From assembly GCA_964016885.1 (NCBI GenBank), contig OZ024742.1, positions 134,850,001 through 134,914,000 on the forward strand: 64,000 nt of DNA, in the 5' to 3' direction. Position numbers and translations under genes: made by a program. The DNA comes from Eledone cirrhosa (lineage: Eukaryota). How positions within the stretch are numbered: the first letter of the stretch is position 1; every line of letters starts with the position of its first letter. This document shows positions 1 through 14,199 of this stretch, piece by piece. The notes under the pieces were generated by a model, which had not been told where the DNA came from, did no database searches, and was given only the letters and a program-made list of their open reading frames with translations.

Positions 1-10
1 TAGAAACAAT

Positions 11-98
<88 letters not shown>

Positions 99-143
99 CA
101 CACACACACATATATATATATTATATATATATTCTATTCTATT

Positions 144-467
144 CTAAGGCGGGTAAAATTCCCGAGATCCATGGACGAGTTCTCTCCAGCGGTCTCTGTC
201 CCTCATCGCTGCGTCTCCAATAGACCAGTGTCTGTCCTTAGGGCATCAACATACGTTAACCTTGGTCTTCCTCTTCTAGTGTGTCCATGTAGGGGCTCCC
301 GAAGGAGCACTGAGTGCAATGTCAACTCTGGATGTCGGTGAGCATGTCCAGCTAACATCAGTCTCCTCTGTGTCACTTTTGAGCTGACTTTTGGGATGCT
401 ACCATATAGCTCTGTGTTTTTCATCCTCATTGTATACTGATTAATGTTCAGAGCCATCCTCAGCATT
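144..467 (-). mobile_element. 5'-truncated 3' stub of the RTE-group LINE (same family as 48667-51654) with (AATAG)n tail running into (TA)n
   Basis: ORF 203..466 (MLRMALNINQYTMRMKNTELYGSIPKVSS...) is nearly identical to the C-terminus of ORF 49390..51654; ends CCGCCTTAG then AATAGAATAG on the minus strand. Confidence 0.95.
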
Positions 468-474
468 TACCGCA

Positions 475-605
475 TCTGCGAGAGAAACCACAAGAGCTCC
501 ATCTCAATACTACTTTTGAAAAGCATAAGAACTGTGAAATCGGTAAAGGAAACAAATAAATATTCTGAAAAAGACTCCAGCTGCATTTTCGATTTCATCC
601 TTTTT
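475..605 (+). repeat. Diverged copy of the PLE-terminal-repeat-like family also forming the 17328-17607 palindrome
   Basis: AAACCACAAGAGCTCCATCTCAATACTACTTTTGAAAAGCATAAGAACTGTGAAATCGGTAAAGGAAACAAATAAATA aligns by eye with 17481-17558. Confidence 0.8.
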
Positions 606-1077
606 CCTTATATATATATATATAATTCTGATCGTATTAGTTTTAATACAATTCGGCACCAAAACGATTTTATAGCCCCCTCTAGGGGCGTCGGCGGTCG
701 CAATTTATTTGTGTCCTCAGTTGGGCTTCTTAGTGTTAGGATGGTTAGAATTTTTGAATTTAATACATGTATATATAACCTTTCATTTCCAATTTTGGGT
801 GCCAATGTAACTTTGCTATGTAAAATTGTATCTGTGGGGGAAGTCCTGTGTATTCTAATTTTGTGTGTATGGCGGGCCCCAAAACCTTAAGTCCACCGGG
901 CCCCCCAAGGTCTGAATCCATCCTTAGCGGCAATATTTTATTGCATGTTTTATATTTTACGATGATGTGATTCTTTTCTAATTAAATAAAATTGCACAAA
1001 TATAGAATTAGCAAAACGAGAACATGTATCTTCCCAATATATAGGGTCAAGCGGACTGGGACTGATAGAAAACATAC

Positions 1078-1173
1078 CGAAATAAAATAAATGCGTAATA
1101 CCAGCATTGACCAAACTCTGCATACTTCCATTCAAATAATCCGAATAATATCCTTGTTAGTGAATGGATAAAT
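1078..1173 (-). CDS. Candidate 96-nt internal exon of an unidentified host gene
   Basis: Minus strand: TTTGTTCAG acceptor, one stop-free frame (FIHSLTRILFGLFEWKYAEFGQCWYYAFILF), GTATGT donor; length is a multiple of 3; no homology recognised. Confidence 0.25.
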
Positions 1174-2429
1174 CTGAACAAAGTGAATGACTTCCAACCA
1201 CAATTTCGACCGATATTTTATCTCTAAATTTCCCTGAACTTTTACCAATAACTTAATCACAAGAAAACTAAATCAAAACTAAATAGAATTTAAACGACCC
1301 ACCAAAAAATTATTCTAACCGATGCAATAAGTTACTGTTGAATCTCACTTCAACTACATCATGCTACATTTAAAAAAATGGTTGGGGATAGCGAGGTAAT
1401 CATTGCGCCCCAGTATGTGGTACACACAAAGTGGATGAGATTAAAAATGCTAAACGCTAAATAATTTCAACCGAATTATTTCGGGTGTTTTAATTTTTCC
1501 TCGAGTTATTTCATTGCTATTTTGTGGATTTCATTTTCTTTAAACTCGATCTAAATGACTCGGTTTTCTATTTTATGTTTGTATTATCCCCAATGTAGTT
1601 AGAGAACTGGACAATAGGAAATATTATTGTCATTATTGTTGTTATTGGACGCACAAGTCTGCGGGGTAAAAGGTTCGTCACTTTCAGCTGTTTTAAAATA
1701 TCATTTTTTTTTGTATTTTCTTGTGGTTAAAGAAACATAAAGAAACATAAATCTTGGTTTCAATGGGTGGGGGTGGGGGCTATACCTCTCAATATTCCAG
1801 CTTTAAGCCCGATTATTCAGATTTATTTTATAAATTTCGAAAAAAAATCGCCTCCCCACCCCCCAAAAATATGGACATTTTCGACCTTGAAACGGTAAAC
1901 AACGTTCAGGTCAAAAGTTTAAAAGCAACCACTGTGGATTTCACCACATCTACGACGGCTACAGACATGCCTGTCGTCCACTCTACTGATGTGAAGGCAA
2001 AACTCAAAAGCTACCATCACAACCTTCTGTGTTAGCAGCAGTATCATCTGAAAACGACATCACCACCACCACCGCCATCGCCCCCACCGCCACCACCACC
2101 ACCACAACAACAACAACTCAGAGCAACAACGACAATAACACCGATAGCTTCAATGTAAACACGGATGGCGGTGGCAACAGCAACAACAAACAAAACAACA
2201 ACAACACCAATAACAACAGCAAGACCGACAACACCAACAGCAAGAGCATCAGAGGCACCACATTTGCTGCAGCAGCAACAACAGAGCGCCTATTGAATAT
2301 TGATATTAGCGATAAAGACGAATAATTGGCACAGGCGTGGAGGCTAATTAAACGGGAGAAGTCCTGGGCAAACCTGACCATCCCAGACGGGGCAATAGCG
2401 GCCATGCAAAGGAGGACGGTGTACTTTCG

Positions 2430-3257
2430 ATGCATTTCGGTGCGGACACGAAAGTGGAACATGCCAGACAAGCAGAGGTCAAGGCTGCTTTAGAGTGCAT
2501 AGGAAGTGATATAGAGTATAAAGCAAGAGCCAAACAGTTCGATACCATCTCGGTACTGTTCAAAACCGAGGCCCTTGCTATTAAACACTCGGTGACCCCC
2601 TGCAGAACGGAACGCATTATCATGCACCCGTCCTACATGGGTAAAAGGATAGTAAAGATCCGCATTCCCAGCATCCCACCAGGAATGAACATATGGTGGC
2701 TGCTGGGATGCGTAATCGAGGAGGGGACAGACACTACACTCCTGGATATCAAAAGGCCAGAGAGAGAAGACTGGTCCGGAATGGATTTGGAGATTCTTCT
2801 CCAAATGAAACCGGAGGACATGAACAATATCCCGGATTTTGCCCGCCTGCAGGACGGGACAACAATCCAACTAATCACTGAGGGAAGAAGGCGACACTAC
2901 TTCGTCTGCGGGGAAGCAACGCATCTGCAAGACTTCTGCCCTCAGCGCAAACATACAGGGGGTCGCGAACATCCTTTGTTGCCAACGCCAGTGCCAGCAC
3001 GGAAAGCTGAACCACCACCACCAAAAAGAACACCAACAAAGACACGGACACCAACATCAAAAACAGCTGGACTACCACCAACACCGAAACCAATCCAAGG
3101 GGAAAATGAGGAAGGCTCTCCCACTCCCCCTACCCTCTCCACAATTATACACATAAACAAAACAATAAACGCACACACAGACACAGAGACACTCACAGCC
3201 ACAGACCCTTTGTCTTCTAGCAGCGAAGATGAAGGAAAAGCCAAAAGTGCAAAATAA
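2430..3257 (+). pseudogene. Tx1-like ORF1 (gag-like nucleic-acid-binding protein)
   Basis: EGRRRHYFVCGEATHLQDFCP = CX2CX4HX4C knuckle with first C mutated to Y (C retained in the copy at ~43900), followed by a Pro/Thr/Lys-rich tail. Confidence 0.8.
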
Positions 3258-3784
3258 CAGAAAACTCACTAAAAAAAGACCCAACAAAACACAAAAAATA
3301 CAGACACCACTAACGCAAACACTTCCCTATTAACATCAGTACGAACAGCAACATCGACACCACCCCCAAAATCCCCGAAACGCAAACAACCTAAACAAAC
3401 ACAAGTACAAATAAACACACAAATACCTGAAATTGCAGACACCACACCTACAACAAACACAGACATACTCAAAATAACAACACCAAAACCATCACCACCA
3501 CAGTCACCAAAATGAAAACAAATAAAACCACACCAACGTAATGTTAAAAACCTGGTGCTTGTCAGAAGGGCGAACGATAAACTGTTGGCCCTCTTAAGCA
3601 CAAAGCGAGGACATTCAAACAGAGGGGAAGATTTTGGAAATGAGCACATTTTGCGTGCCAGAAGTTTTACTTCTGGTCCGAATGTCACTCGATTCCTTCA
3701 AAGAAATTCGAAGGTCGAACCACCGGACCTTCACAAGACCCAGGGAGGTAAGTAAACTATCCCTCTCTCTTTTAGCTTGCCAAA

Positions 3785-6700
3785 GTGGCCATATTAAGAG
3801 TAGGAAGTTTAAATGTTCGAAGCCTGGGGTCACCCTGGAAGCAGGGTCGCCTTCTCAATGACCTCAGGTCGCAGGAAATGGATGTGATTGCCGTCAGCGA
3901 CACCAGAATTTCCGACACGACTATCAGATCTTCGCATCTGTTAGCAGGCCGGGAATGGGAGGTGGGGTGGCAATGCTGTTTATGAAAGGACTGGATCTCG
4001 AAGTAAGGTCGATCTTCCGGGATCCGGGCGGTAAGCTGGTGGTCTTCGATATGAGCAGTAGCGAATGTGGTGCCTTTAGACTGCTGGCCATCTACGCCCT
4101 TACAGAAGCCGGACAACCGGACTCCTTTAGGCGCCTGGAACTCTTTCTGGGTATGTCTCGCTCTTTACTGTTAGCGGGGGACTGGAATGGCCTCTTAGAC
4201 GGCCGCTGGAATTGTGTGGGAGTAGCCGATAGGAGCGGGGGGTGCAAAAGCCCCAAGCACCTACTCAGCTAGTTCCGACTGTCTGACAGGTATCGACTAG
4301 ATTTCCCCGATATGCCAGTTTGGACATGGACCAACCGAATGGGGTCATCTAGATCGTATATAGACAGGATCTTCATTATGAAAATAGTTAGAAATAGTGT
4401 AGGCTGCCCACTTTTTAAAACGGTCGCCTATTCAGATCACATTTTTGTGATCTGTACGGTCGACCTAGGTAAAACGCGTAGGTTAGGACCGGGTTACTGG
4501 AAGCAGAACATGTCATTTCCGGCACGTAAGGCTTACAGGGACCGAGTCAACAATTTAGTTAAGCAAAAGTTGATAGGGGGGGGATCATAAACGACAGATG
4601 GCGGGGGGCTCTCAAAAGAGAGATTAGATTAACTTCGATAGAGTTCATAAAAGAACTAGCGTTAGAGAAAAATAGAAAGGAGGGGGAGCTGGTAGATAAG
4701 TTAAACGAGGCTATTTGTCGTGGCATTGCAACTGACGTGCTAGCGCCGAGAATGGCATTAGACCATTTCTTCAGTGCGAAACACGAAGGTTGCATTGTCA
4801 GAGCTAAGGCGCGTGCGCTGAGAAACGAGGGAGACAAAGCTATTCGATGGGCCCGCGTGGCGGAGGCGCAGCGTGACAATAAAACAAAAATTCGGTATTT
4901 GGCCAACCGAGACGGGCACGAGATAAGCGATTATAAGTGGATGTGTGAGGCCTTTCGCCAGCACTTTGCTCGGTTGTTCGGGGAGAGTGGCGAGTCAGAG
5001 AGAGTAGCGGATTTCAGTCGCTACCTTGACGGCTTGCCGCGCATCTCGACGGTCGACGTTGAGCGCTGCGAAAGGCCGATTACTTCAGCCGAAATTCAGG
5101 ACGCCCTTGTCGGCTTCATGAAGCGCAAGTCACCGGTTTGGGTGGCATGCCCTATGAGCTTTACGTAAATATGCCAGATATGTTCTCCGATCTCCTCGAA
5201 GCACCCTACTGCAACTGGCAGCAGGATGGGAGTATTACCAGTTCTGTGAGCAGGGGATTGGGGACGCTGATAAGAAAAGCCGAGAACAAGACGGATACAT
5301 TAGACAACTTCAGGCCCATAACTCTGCTCAACACAGAGATTAAGATTTTGGCCAGGGTGTTAGAAAAGAGATTGGCGCTTGTCGTCGAGGATTTGGTTGG
5401 GAAGGCGCAAACTTGCGCAATCCCAGCCAGGTCCATACACGACAATATCCACCTCATGCGATACATCATAGAGTGGGTAGGGTGTAAACCTGGCTTCGGT
5501 GGTGCACTGATCAATTTAGTTCAATCGAAAGCATTCGATAGGGTCGACTATCGGTATCTGGAGTTTGTCCTCAAAGCAGCTGGCTTTGGGCCTGTCTTCA
5601 GAAGTTGGATCGCTGCAATGCACAGCGGCACACGCTCGCTGATCTAGGTTAATGGCCAGCTGTCGGAACCATTTCGGCTATCTCGATCGGTCCGTCAAGG
5701 GTGCCCTCTCTCTTCCCTTCTGTACGTATTGACTCTCGAGCCTTTACTGCGGAAGATGGAGCTGTTGCGGGGCATCCCGCTCGAATCGGGTCGTGGAAAG
5801 GCGGTGTTGGCTTATGCCGACGAAATCACCGTGATGGTGTCGAACATCTCAGAAATCGAGGTGGCCGGCACCTTATTGAAGGAATATGAAAGGTTGACAG
5901 GAGCCAAACTTAACGCGGAAAGGTCGGTGGGCTTGCAGCTCGGAACCTGAGGAGACGAGCCCATGCAGTCCAACAGCGTTGTGGGGCGCTGGACGGACGG
6001 ACCGGTAAAGTTACTCGGCGTTTGGTTCGTGCCAGACCTCCAGGTGGAAAAGAATTGGGACGAGGTAACGAGCAGAGGAGCCGGTCTCACCCAAAAATGG
6101 GCTTGGAGGAAGCTATGACTGAAAGGTCGCGCGGAGGTGGCGAAGGTGTACATCGCGTCCGTCATCTACTACCGCCTGACCGTTGTACCATGCCCCCATC
6201 CGCGCCTCGTCAAGTTGGAACGGCTCCTCTTCAAATTCTTGTGGAGGGGACAAGTTCCGTTGGTGCGGCGGTCCATCTGCTGCCAGCACCCTCTACACAG
6301 AGGGCTGGGTATGCCGTAGCTAATGATGCGCAGAGATGCGATGAGGCTGCGACATCTCCAGATATTCTGCCACAACGGTGAACAGGTGTGGTCGCCGTTT
6401 ATCAGACGGGCCTTTCCGCAGCTCATTTCTTTGACTGAACAACAGTCCTGAGTCAAGAAGAGACCGAGACTGAGTGACTGGCAGCTGGAATGTTGCCAGG
6501 AACTCACTGCCCTCTACCAAGAGGGCAATGCGATCAGTGGAACTTCCACTCTCGAGTTCTATAGAGGATTAGTGGTGGGCAAGTGCGATGACGCACTCCG
6601 AGAAGCTTTAGGCCTCGACGTAGTCGAATTGACCAGTCTGTAGCGGAGGACTTTCGAGGCGGGGACGATGTACACCTTCCAGAAATTCCTCGCTTGGCCG

Positions 6701-7179
6701 TGCTACCGAGGCCACTGCCGGTTCGAGATAAACTTTACAGGCACGGAAGTGCTGTCAGACGGACCTGCCCAAGATGAAACAGAACGACGAAACCGTTCTG
6801 CACGCACTTGTCCAATGTCCGTGCATTACTGACTTGTGGAGTTATGTTGAACAGCTACTGTCGCGTGTGGAACGATTCCGGCTATCGGCCGAGTCCATAG
6901 TGAAGATCGACCCTCCGCCTTCCTTAGGTCAGGAAGAGCAGGAAATGTTCCTGTCTGGTGGCAGTTGTGAAAGAGGTTATATGGTGGACCAGATTAAAAG
7001 GAATGAAGACAGGCACTTTTCTCTTCGGCCAATCCCTTATCAACTTCTTCAAGTTTCACCTGGAAAGGAAGGTGAGGGTGGAGAGAGAGGTGCTGACACC
7101 CAGTACATTTGCTAAAAGGTGGATAAATATGGTGAGAATGGCTCGTGTAAATGGGCCTACTCTGACCATGCGCCTATAG
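3785..7179 (+). pseudogene. Tx1-like ORF2 (APE endonuclease - reverse transcriptase - Zn finger), broken
   Basis: VGSLNVRSL, AGDWN, SYIDRIF, YSDH (APE); NFRPITLLN, SKAFDRV, SVRQGCPL, YADE (RT); ETVLHALVQCP (CCHC); split across ORFs 3785-7179. Confidence 0.9.
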
Positions 7180-7465
7180 GCTAGCTAACTTGAGGAGAGG
7201 GGTGCTCTCCCTGGGTGCCCTAGAAGCGCAGGATGGTTCAGGATTGGTGGGGTACCCGAGTCACCCCAGGGTGACTAATTCATTTTGTTATATTTATACA
7301 TAATTTATTTTATATTTTTATATCTTCATTGTTAAATTAGTCTTGCCATTTTGCACTTTTACTCCACCTGATTGTAAACCCCCACTGTCCCTGTCTTTGT
7401 ATTGTAATCTACATGTCGGCCCTTGTGGCTAATAAATGAAATCATTATCATTATTCTTATTAGAG

Positions 7466-7895
7466 AGACCGTTGGATTGGCAGTATCGGTAGAGGATCGG
7501 ACATCATGCTTTGCAGCATCGAGTTACGACCCTTTATTATCTGATTTCAAATCCCGTCGAGGTTAACTTTGCCTTTTATCCTTACGGGTCGATAAAATAA
7601 AGTACTAGTAATGCATTGGGGTCAATTTAATCGAATTTCTCCTCCTGCAAAATTGCTGGCCTTGTGTCTATATAAGAAACCATCATTACTGTTATAATAA
7701 ATGGGCGGTGGATTGGCAGTATCGGTAGAGAGTCGGACACCATGTTTTGAAGCATAGAGTTACATCCCTTTATGATCTGAGTTCAAATCCCGCCGAGGTT
7801 AATTTTGCCTTTTATTCTTACGGGGTCGATAAAATAAAGTACCAATAATGTACTGGATATTTGCTGGCCTTGTGCCTAATATAGAAACAATTATT
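7466..7895 (+). mobile_element. Two tandem tRNA-derived SINE copies (7466-7690, 7703-7895)
   Basis: Head TGGCAGTATCGGTAGAG (A-box-like), GAGTTCAAATCCC (B-box-like), core GAGGTTAACTTTGCCTTT..ATCCTTACGGGGTCGATAAAATAAAGTACC, tail GCTGGCCTTGTGCC..TAGAAACAATTATT. Confidence 0.9.
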
Positions 7896-10800
7896 GTTAT
7901 AATAAATATATAAACAATACGTAATAAAAGAAATTATTATTGTTTTTATTTTTCATTATATTTATATTTCAGTGTCATTGTACATCTCACAAGATATCTT
8001 CTAATTCATTATTTTTCCTTTGCTTTCCGCTCTCCTTATTTTCTCTCCTTTTCCGGTCCCTTTTTAATATTTTTTCCCTCTCTGCCTCGTTTTTTTTCTA
8101 TTTTCATAATTCGTCTCCTAATTACGATTTCTAAATTATTATATAGAACTTAAAGATAATAGATACTACCATATATATTTTAACTTGTTCTTCCTCTTGG
8201 TTATTTTCACTAACAAACATGCATCTGGGTTATTTATCTTTATGTTAGAACAATATTTATATTATTGCTTAAGAATATATTTATTTCAAAAGGTCTAGTC
8301 GATGTTTGTAATCATAATTCCAAACTCAAAATAAGTATAATATGAAAATAAAATATTGATTACATATTATTGGGAAGAAAGGCGTAAAACGTTAGGAAGA
8401 GTATAATGACAAAATACAGAAATGGAATAAAAGAGATAGTGTAATATTTACATCGAATTACAGGATTCCAATACAATGAAAACACATCATTGCATATATA
8501 TATTCTGAAAGTAAAGTTTTCTTGTTATTCATACGTATAGGAAAACGTATCGCAAACATTTTGGTTTAATTCTGCACTAGTAACGCCTCATGTATATATA
8601 CTTAACATTGGCTCTAAACCAAAGTTATTGAGGTCTGGGTCAAATTGGGATTATTAACCCTATTTATACACAACTGTAATTTACATCATCGATCACCGGA
8701 AGAATGAAAATTAAAGTACACTGTGGTGATCTGTTTACGAAGAATATAAACGAAAGTAACTAAACAATAAATGTCAATTAATCTGGTACATTATTTATTG
8801 TCTTCAAACGACTATATTGATTCCTATTTTAGACCAAAGGCTACAAATTGGGGAAAAGGTTTAGATATCCGTGTCCTGATGTATGACGCAAGACCATGGA
8901 TCTGTATCTTAAAAGTTTGTCTCCACGTAACAAGCATAGGAAAGGTTATTTTGTGTATGGTAAAAGAAGAGTTGCCTTTATTTCTCACACTTTCTACGAA
9001 ATCCTACCGATCCCGTTCTAGGGAGAATCATTAATCAATACAGCATGGCAATAGTTTCTTCACAAGGAGTAAGAATAAATATTGGAAAGAAACTCTTCCG
9101 ATGATCTGAATTCCATCTATTCACTGTTCTGGACTGCTACTTGTTTTAATTATACGATGAAAAGTGTCTTTCAGCTTGATGGGATTTTGAAAAAATTCGC
9201 AACGAATGCCATATATATGACTTCCACATTTCACGGTAAACGTGAAATTCATCTTCATTAAATCTCGCTTTATAATGTGAGCTTGGATATGTACATGCTA
9301 TACGATTCTAATTAACCATCATTCGTTCTCATTCTAATCTATATCCATCTTCATTCAACACATTCATAATGATTTTCAGGCTCTCACTCAGTAATACATT
9401 AATTTAATGCATTTTTCCAAATTTCTCCATAGCCTTCCGTCATTCTTTCATTCATTCATGGATTTTACAGTTTAAATACACCCCTACCCTAATCTTTTGT
9501 CATTCATTCATAGATATCTGCTACAAACCTTTAATGTAACATTCCTTCAGATATTTATTTACCGAGATATCCCATTCAAGCATTCACTAACTTTCTTCTG
9601 TCAATGCTTCGTTCTACAGAAATCATACCATCATGCGACCATTCAATCACCCACTCTTTTAGACATTCGTCATTGATTTTTCTCCTTTAAATATTCAATA
9701 TTCGGGCCATCTTATCCGTATACTTTAATCATTCATTTGTGCATATTTTTCTGTCCTCACTCACATACATTGACTATGAATTTTGCAGCTAGCCTATTCC
9801 TCCACAAATAAACAAAGATGGGGAGACAAGAGAGTAAGAGTCGAGGAGAATGAAAGACAAGGGGAGAGAGATGAGAGGAAGAGAGGAGAGAAAGAAGTAA
9901 AAAAGAGAGTGTAAAGCAGACAATTGAGAGAGAGGAGTGAGATATAACGAGAGGGAGATAACGAGAGAGGTAAAGAGAGAGAGTGTGTGTGCGTATTTAA
10001 ATATAAATGCGTTAATATTAACATTCACTCGTACAATTTCACATCTTCTTTCTCGCTCTCACTTTCTTTATCATTCGCAATGTGTGATATAAATACACAC
10101 ATATATAGGTTCGCATAGCGTATATTCTGTCATTCACAAACAACACACACGTACATAAATGTAAACATATGTGTTTATACACGATTTGGGTGTGAGTCAG
10201 ACACCCTACATATCTATACGCACATTTCCTCATACTTTCACACAATCAACCGTAGACACATATACGCACACGCACAGACATTTGCTTGCATAAACACAGC
10301 CCATCGAAATATACTACATAATTGCCCCACAAATCTAAACCGAGAAACAGCCTGTACCACACAAACATTCTGCGCACATAGTAACAAAACACAATTCCAT
10401 ATAAATCACTCACATATATACACTCATACATATTCACACGTATTTACACAAACGTGTACAAACATATATAGACAGACAATTATACACACATGTGCATACA
10501 TAGCACAAGCAATAGACCAGTGTGTAGCTAAGATAATACCGGTGCCGAATTGTTATTCAAATTAAATTTTCACGCTTGACTCGTGTACTTATCCGAGCTT
10601 TCAGACTATCAAAGATGTCGGCAACTGGAGGGGGTGTAGGCAGAGTAGTTATGCAAATTGAGGTGGCAGGTACGCAATAGGAAGGGATGGTAGGTTTGAG
10701 GTTATGGTGGTTCCGGTTGTGATGCCAGTTCTGGTAGTGGTGATAGTGTGGTGACGATAATGGGGAATTTAATGATCATGATGATCACGATGATCATGAT

Positions 10801-11645
10801 GATGGTGGTTGTAGGGGGGGAATGTATGAGAGAGTAGCGTTAAGAGGTGCTAGTAGCGTTTGTGTTGCTGTTGCCGTTCTAGCTGTTATTTATTTTGATG
10901 CTAGTTTTTGTACAGATGGCATCACATTCATAGATGTGGTGGAAAGGTTGATGTTAGTGTTTGTGAGGTGGGGAGTATAGGTGGCAGTTGTGGCATTGGT
11001 TCTGATGTTGTTGTTATTTGTGGTGGCACTATTTCATATAAGGGTGTTGTTGCGGAGGTGGTGAAATATTTAGTAATGGTGAATTGAGGAGAAATTTTGC
11101 TGTTGTAATTCTGGGTATTGGATGTAATGTTAGATGTGCTGGCTGTGATATTAAGTGCGGTGTTGATGCTAGTTGTGAGCGTGTTGATGCTTTTGGTGGT
11201 CCTAGTTTTGAAGATGGAGCTACGTCTGAGAGTAATATTGTTAGATTATTTAGGAAGACATTTTTGAGACGGATCTTTCGTTTAAAAAGATTGCCTACAC
11301 TTCCAGAAGATTTAAGTAACCAAGTTGAATATTTCCTTCTGTTTGCAGATCATCGCCTTCATTGTCACCATAACTCTTGTTGATTATATATGATTACAGT
11401 TCTCGTGTTCCAGATATTTCTATATTTTACACTTCTATCTAGTGAAGAAATATACACTGCCCACAAAGAAGCGGTTTCTGGAAAAGCTACTGATAATATG
11501 AAAATCAGCGCATGTCCATTTACACTACCTCTCAAGTATGTATGGTGGAATTGTTATTTAGTGCCGAGTCATCAATCATGAGGGGTTTGATGTTTGAACA
11601 AATTTGTTATAACCGTGACCATCAAATCGCTTTAAGGCTGTACAG

Positions 11646-11975
11646 TAGAGTTTCTCAAAGTGGGCGCTAACCCCCCGGGGTGGCCTTGAGAAATTCTAGG
11701 AGGCGCTGACGCCTAAGGGAGGGATCATATAATGATATATTACATATCAAATGATATATTCTATATATGAATATAGTAAAATAAAAAAAAATATGCAATA
11801 ATTATTTATAAATAGTGTATATTATATTATTTATTATATATAAACTAACAATTTTATTTATATCTTATTTACAATTTGCGTATAGGCAGGTCTCTCTGGA
11901 AATAGAGGTGGGTGGATCTGAGGGTATTACCTGGCCGTGAAGGGGATGTTGGCCCTAAAAGTTTGAGAACCTCTG
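11646..11975. mobile_element. hAT (Charlie-like) MITE, ~330 bp
   Basis: Imperfect TIRs TAGAGTTTCTCAAAGT / AGTTTGAGAACCTCTG; 8-bp TSD CTGTACAG (11638-45) / CTGTAAAG (11976-83). Confidence 0.8.
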
Positions 11976-12197
11976 CTGTAAAGGATGCCATATTTAAATA
12001 TGTTATTTCCATATTGTAGTCGTTAATTCGTGCATTTCAGAAGAATTAGTAGTTATTTCTAGCATTCGAGTGACCAGATTGCTGTTCCTCTCGTACCTCC
12101 GTGCAATCTGCTAGAAGCCAGAACCGAAGCTTAAAAGATCAACTCAATTGTTATCTCGTTTCATTTATTATGTGATAATCATCTCCAGACTTTATTT

Positions 12198-12560
12198 GGC
12201 GGCGTATTGGCAGTCGTTAAAACGTTGGATAGAATGATTTGCGGTATTACTTTCGTCTTTCTGCTCTCCTCGTTCAAATCCCGTCGAATCAACATTGCCT
12301 TTCATTCATTCGATGTAGATGAAAAAAAGGAACCTGCTAAGTTCTGGTGTCAATTCTTCTTCTATATTTCTATCTCCCTTTCATTATCTCACTGTCTCTC
12401 ATTCTCTTGAAAAAAATCTGCTGTATTCAAACATGGAGCTTAAGATGCACACCACCAGGTTTTAAAATGCCCTAGAAACGCTTCTACGAATGTCAATTCG
12501 GCACCCCTTCGATTCCCTTAAGAGTTACGAGATGAAATATGCCGTGCGTGCATCTTACTA
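12198..12560 (+). mobile_element. Old SINE subfamily: same head/core but a different tail
   Basis: Degenerate head and core (GTTCAAATCCCGTCGAATCAACATTGCCTTTCATTC) followed by tail CTGCTGTATTCAAAC...TTTTAAAATGCCCTAGAAA...CCCCTTCGATTCC..GAGTTACG shared with 58500-58840. Confidence 0.6.
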
Positions 12561-13099
12561 ATAATAATGTTTATTTTCTTTTGTTTTTGTATGTGATATT
12601 TTTAAATTGTATGTCTTGATTGATGTTGCATTTTTTTAATAGCATTGTACTTTTTATTCCTTCCTCATTTTCGAAACATCAGTTGTTAAGCGGTGATTGT
12701 ACTTATTCTGGCTACAACAAATTTTGGCCCTTTGAAATCTTGGAATTTCACTAAATATCTTTAATTAACTCAGTGGTCGGATTTTAGTGTTAATTATGTA
12801 CAATCAGTGCGTTGATTTGTTGAATATGTTGATGTCTTTATGCTATTTGTTTCTATCACGTCTAACTAAAATAAACTACACTATGACGTTTAAGAATTCT
12901 AGTTATGGAGTCCATGATCCGAAATGCGTTCACATGGCGTGCGGTAAAGAATCTGACGTATCGAGACTGAATCTTGGCTTGAAAATATATTGTTCAATTA
13001 TCTATGATTATCTCGTTCGTTTTTCAGACAGAATTTTTTGGGGACTGTATGCCGTAAAATATTTTAAGAGTTTATAATACAATAACTCTAAGATTACAG

Positions 13100-13400
13100 C
13101 TGATATCTCTATCAAGAAGTTTCGACGTGTTAGTGCTATCACCAATACTGAATTGTTTTTCATAAAAAATTGTTTATTTTCCTAGAATAACCAGTATCCA
13201 AGCAGGCCTTATTAAACATCAGATGGATTGGATTTACATGGGGTATATCTCAGAGATCTTCAAATGCTTATGTATCCCAATTTTCCACTCCTGATCATGT
13301 ATTCTGTATGTGTGTTGAATGTTTTAGACTCTATGTGTGTATTCTTGGTGTTAGTTATACTTAATTGCGCAGAGCTACGTTTAAAAACCTTCCAATGATA
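13100..13400 (-). mobile_element. Possible highly decayed PLE GIY-YIG C-terminal fragment
   Basis: Weak by-eye resemblance of minus-strand translations to the end of ORF 25273..25818. Confidence 0.25.
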
Positions 13401-13912
13401 AATATTCATTCATTTTCCCAAGATTTGTATATAGAGACCTACGTTATGAAATTGGTATTTTATTCCATAAAACAGAAAGGTAGTTTGAAGAATATGTCGC
13501 TGCTATAACGAATTAGTCATCTAGCCTCAATGTGGCTACAGCATAAACTTGCGATTGTCATTTATCAATGAAAGGGCAATAATCTTTTGATAAGTGAATG
13601 TTGCCAGAATTCATGTGAAATTAAAACGTCCCTATTTAGTGCAGTTTCATTGGGGATTTGTATCTTCTCAATATTTGTAGATTTGGTGACAGAAGCGTTG
13701 TATTTATGTTTTCTTTTTCGTTTATGTCATGCATTATATTAAATATTTATTGATTCATTGTTTATCATTTAATCTTTAATCTTTTATTCATAGGTCTTTT
13801 TATCGGAATTTTGTGAGTGAGATTTCATAGATGTTTCTTGGTACTCCTTGTATGTTGTTTTTTTATGTTTGAAGGACGACGTCTCTTCAACTATTTTACT
13901 CTCATATTGATC

Positions 13913-13987
<75 letters not shown>

Positions 13988-14199
13988 TGTGTGTGTGTGT
14001 ATGCGGGAAGAAGGAAACAAGCCCTCTAACTAGTGCAAGAGCTGTAATTTATTATGATTTGTACTTGTAACACGTTATGCGATATTTTAGATTTCAAGGT
14101 ACTGGTGTTTATCGGCTGCAGGTTTCTTGCGATGATACAGATTGCGTCACCAACCAGAGATAGAGGAAAGATATGTGGATATGTCACATTATCGTTTTA

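Larger units (their letters stand above)
2256..7460 (+). mobile_element. Full-length, decayed Tx1/L1-group non-LTR retrotransposon
   Basis: ORF1 with zinc knuckle, ORF2 with APE endonuclease, RT and C-terminal CCHC; 3' UTR with AATAAA (~7431) and (ATC/ATT)n tail; many stops and frameshifts; 5' boundary uncertain. Confidence 0.9.

Noticed and set aside
660-1910. GC-rich hAT/MITE-like ends near 870-925 and 1660-1900
   Set aside because: Could not pair TIRs or find TSDs
2490-6520. Antisense and alternative-frame ORFs over the LINE
   Set aside because: Shadows of GC-rich ORF1/ORF2 sequence
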